Shown piece after piece: positions 36,932 through 37,275 of a DNA stretch of 37,275 nt (the stretch's first letter is position 1; every line of letters starts with the position of its first letter). Origin of the DNA: Tubiluchus corallicola (lineage: Eukaryota; Animalia; Priapulida); contig JAQGDQ010001508.1 in NCBI GenBank assembly GCA_030141605.1, positions 1-37,275 on the forward strand, read 5' to 3'. A program made the position numbers and the translations under genes. The notes under the pieces were generated by a model that did not search any database, was not told where the DNA came from, and worked only from the letters and a program-made list of their open reading frames with translations.

Positions 36932-37275
36932 TTAAAATAAGTGACCGGAAGCTTTGACTGCAGTGGATTACAAGTGTTTACTTGTGCAATTGTTGAAGAC
37001 TAAAGTGATTCTTATAATTTACAATCATGATAAAAATACCTCAAAATAAGCATCATATATAATATAATAAAACACAATTTTATAGAAAAATGAGACTGGT
37101 CACCCACCCATTCACCAATCAGGTTCGACACTGCTTAATATTAGAGGTCAGACAATCGGTTTCATTTTTGTAATCCACTAGTCGTATACGAAGGTGATAC
37201 AGTAATCGATTACAATTAATTAGCAATTAATCAGTATGAAAAAATAAGTAATTTTGAAATTTTTACTAAGTTGTT

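Overview
AT-rich, intron- and repeat-rich eukaryotic DNA, most likely from an invertebrate animal; it is not prokaryotic and has no CRISPR array. It holds two protein genes, both on the minus strand. (1) The 3' part of a large type I membrane protein, which I reconstructed by hand as 14 GT-AG exons with consistent phases (36326 down to the TAA at 10633, about 775 codons). It encodes 9 calcium-binding EGF-type repeats (7 complete, 2 with only four Cys), a polybasic linker, a 10-Cys ZP module, a TM helix and a short tail. Its 5' end lies beyond the window. (2) An intronless CDS (888..1601) for a conserved uncharacterised protein whose core resembles the Tlr6F/A121R-like family of giant viruses, virophages and Polinton-like elements (family assignment from memory). 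Introns and intergenic DNA contain TA-flanked Tc1/mariner/pogo-type MITEs, TTAA-flanked piggyBac- and Kolobok-type MITEs, two solo-LTR-like copies, LINE remnants, a 5S-rRNA-headed SINE with target-site duplication, and many tandem arrays. These include a 113-bp array built from non-LTR retrotransposon coding sequence, a 137-bp hairpin array inside a MITE, and a 60-bp array that could be exonised. Most ORFs in the supplied track are repeat artefacts. All identities and family names were judged by eye without database searches.
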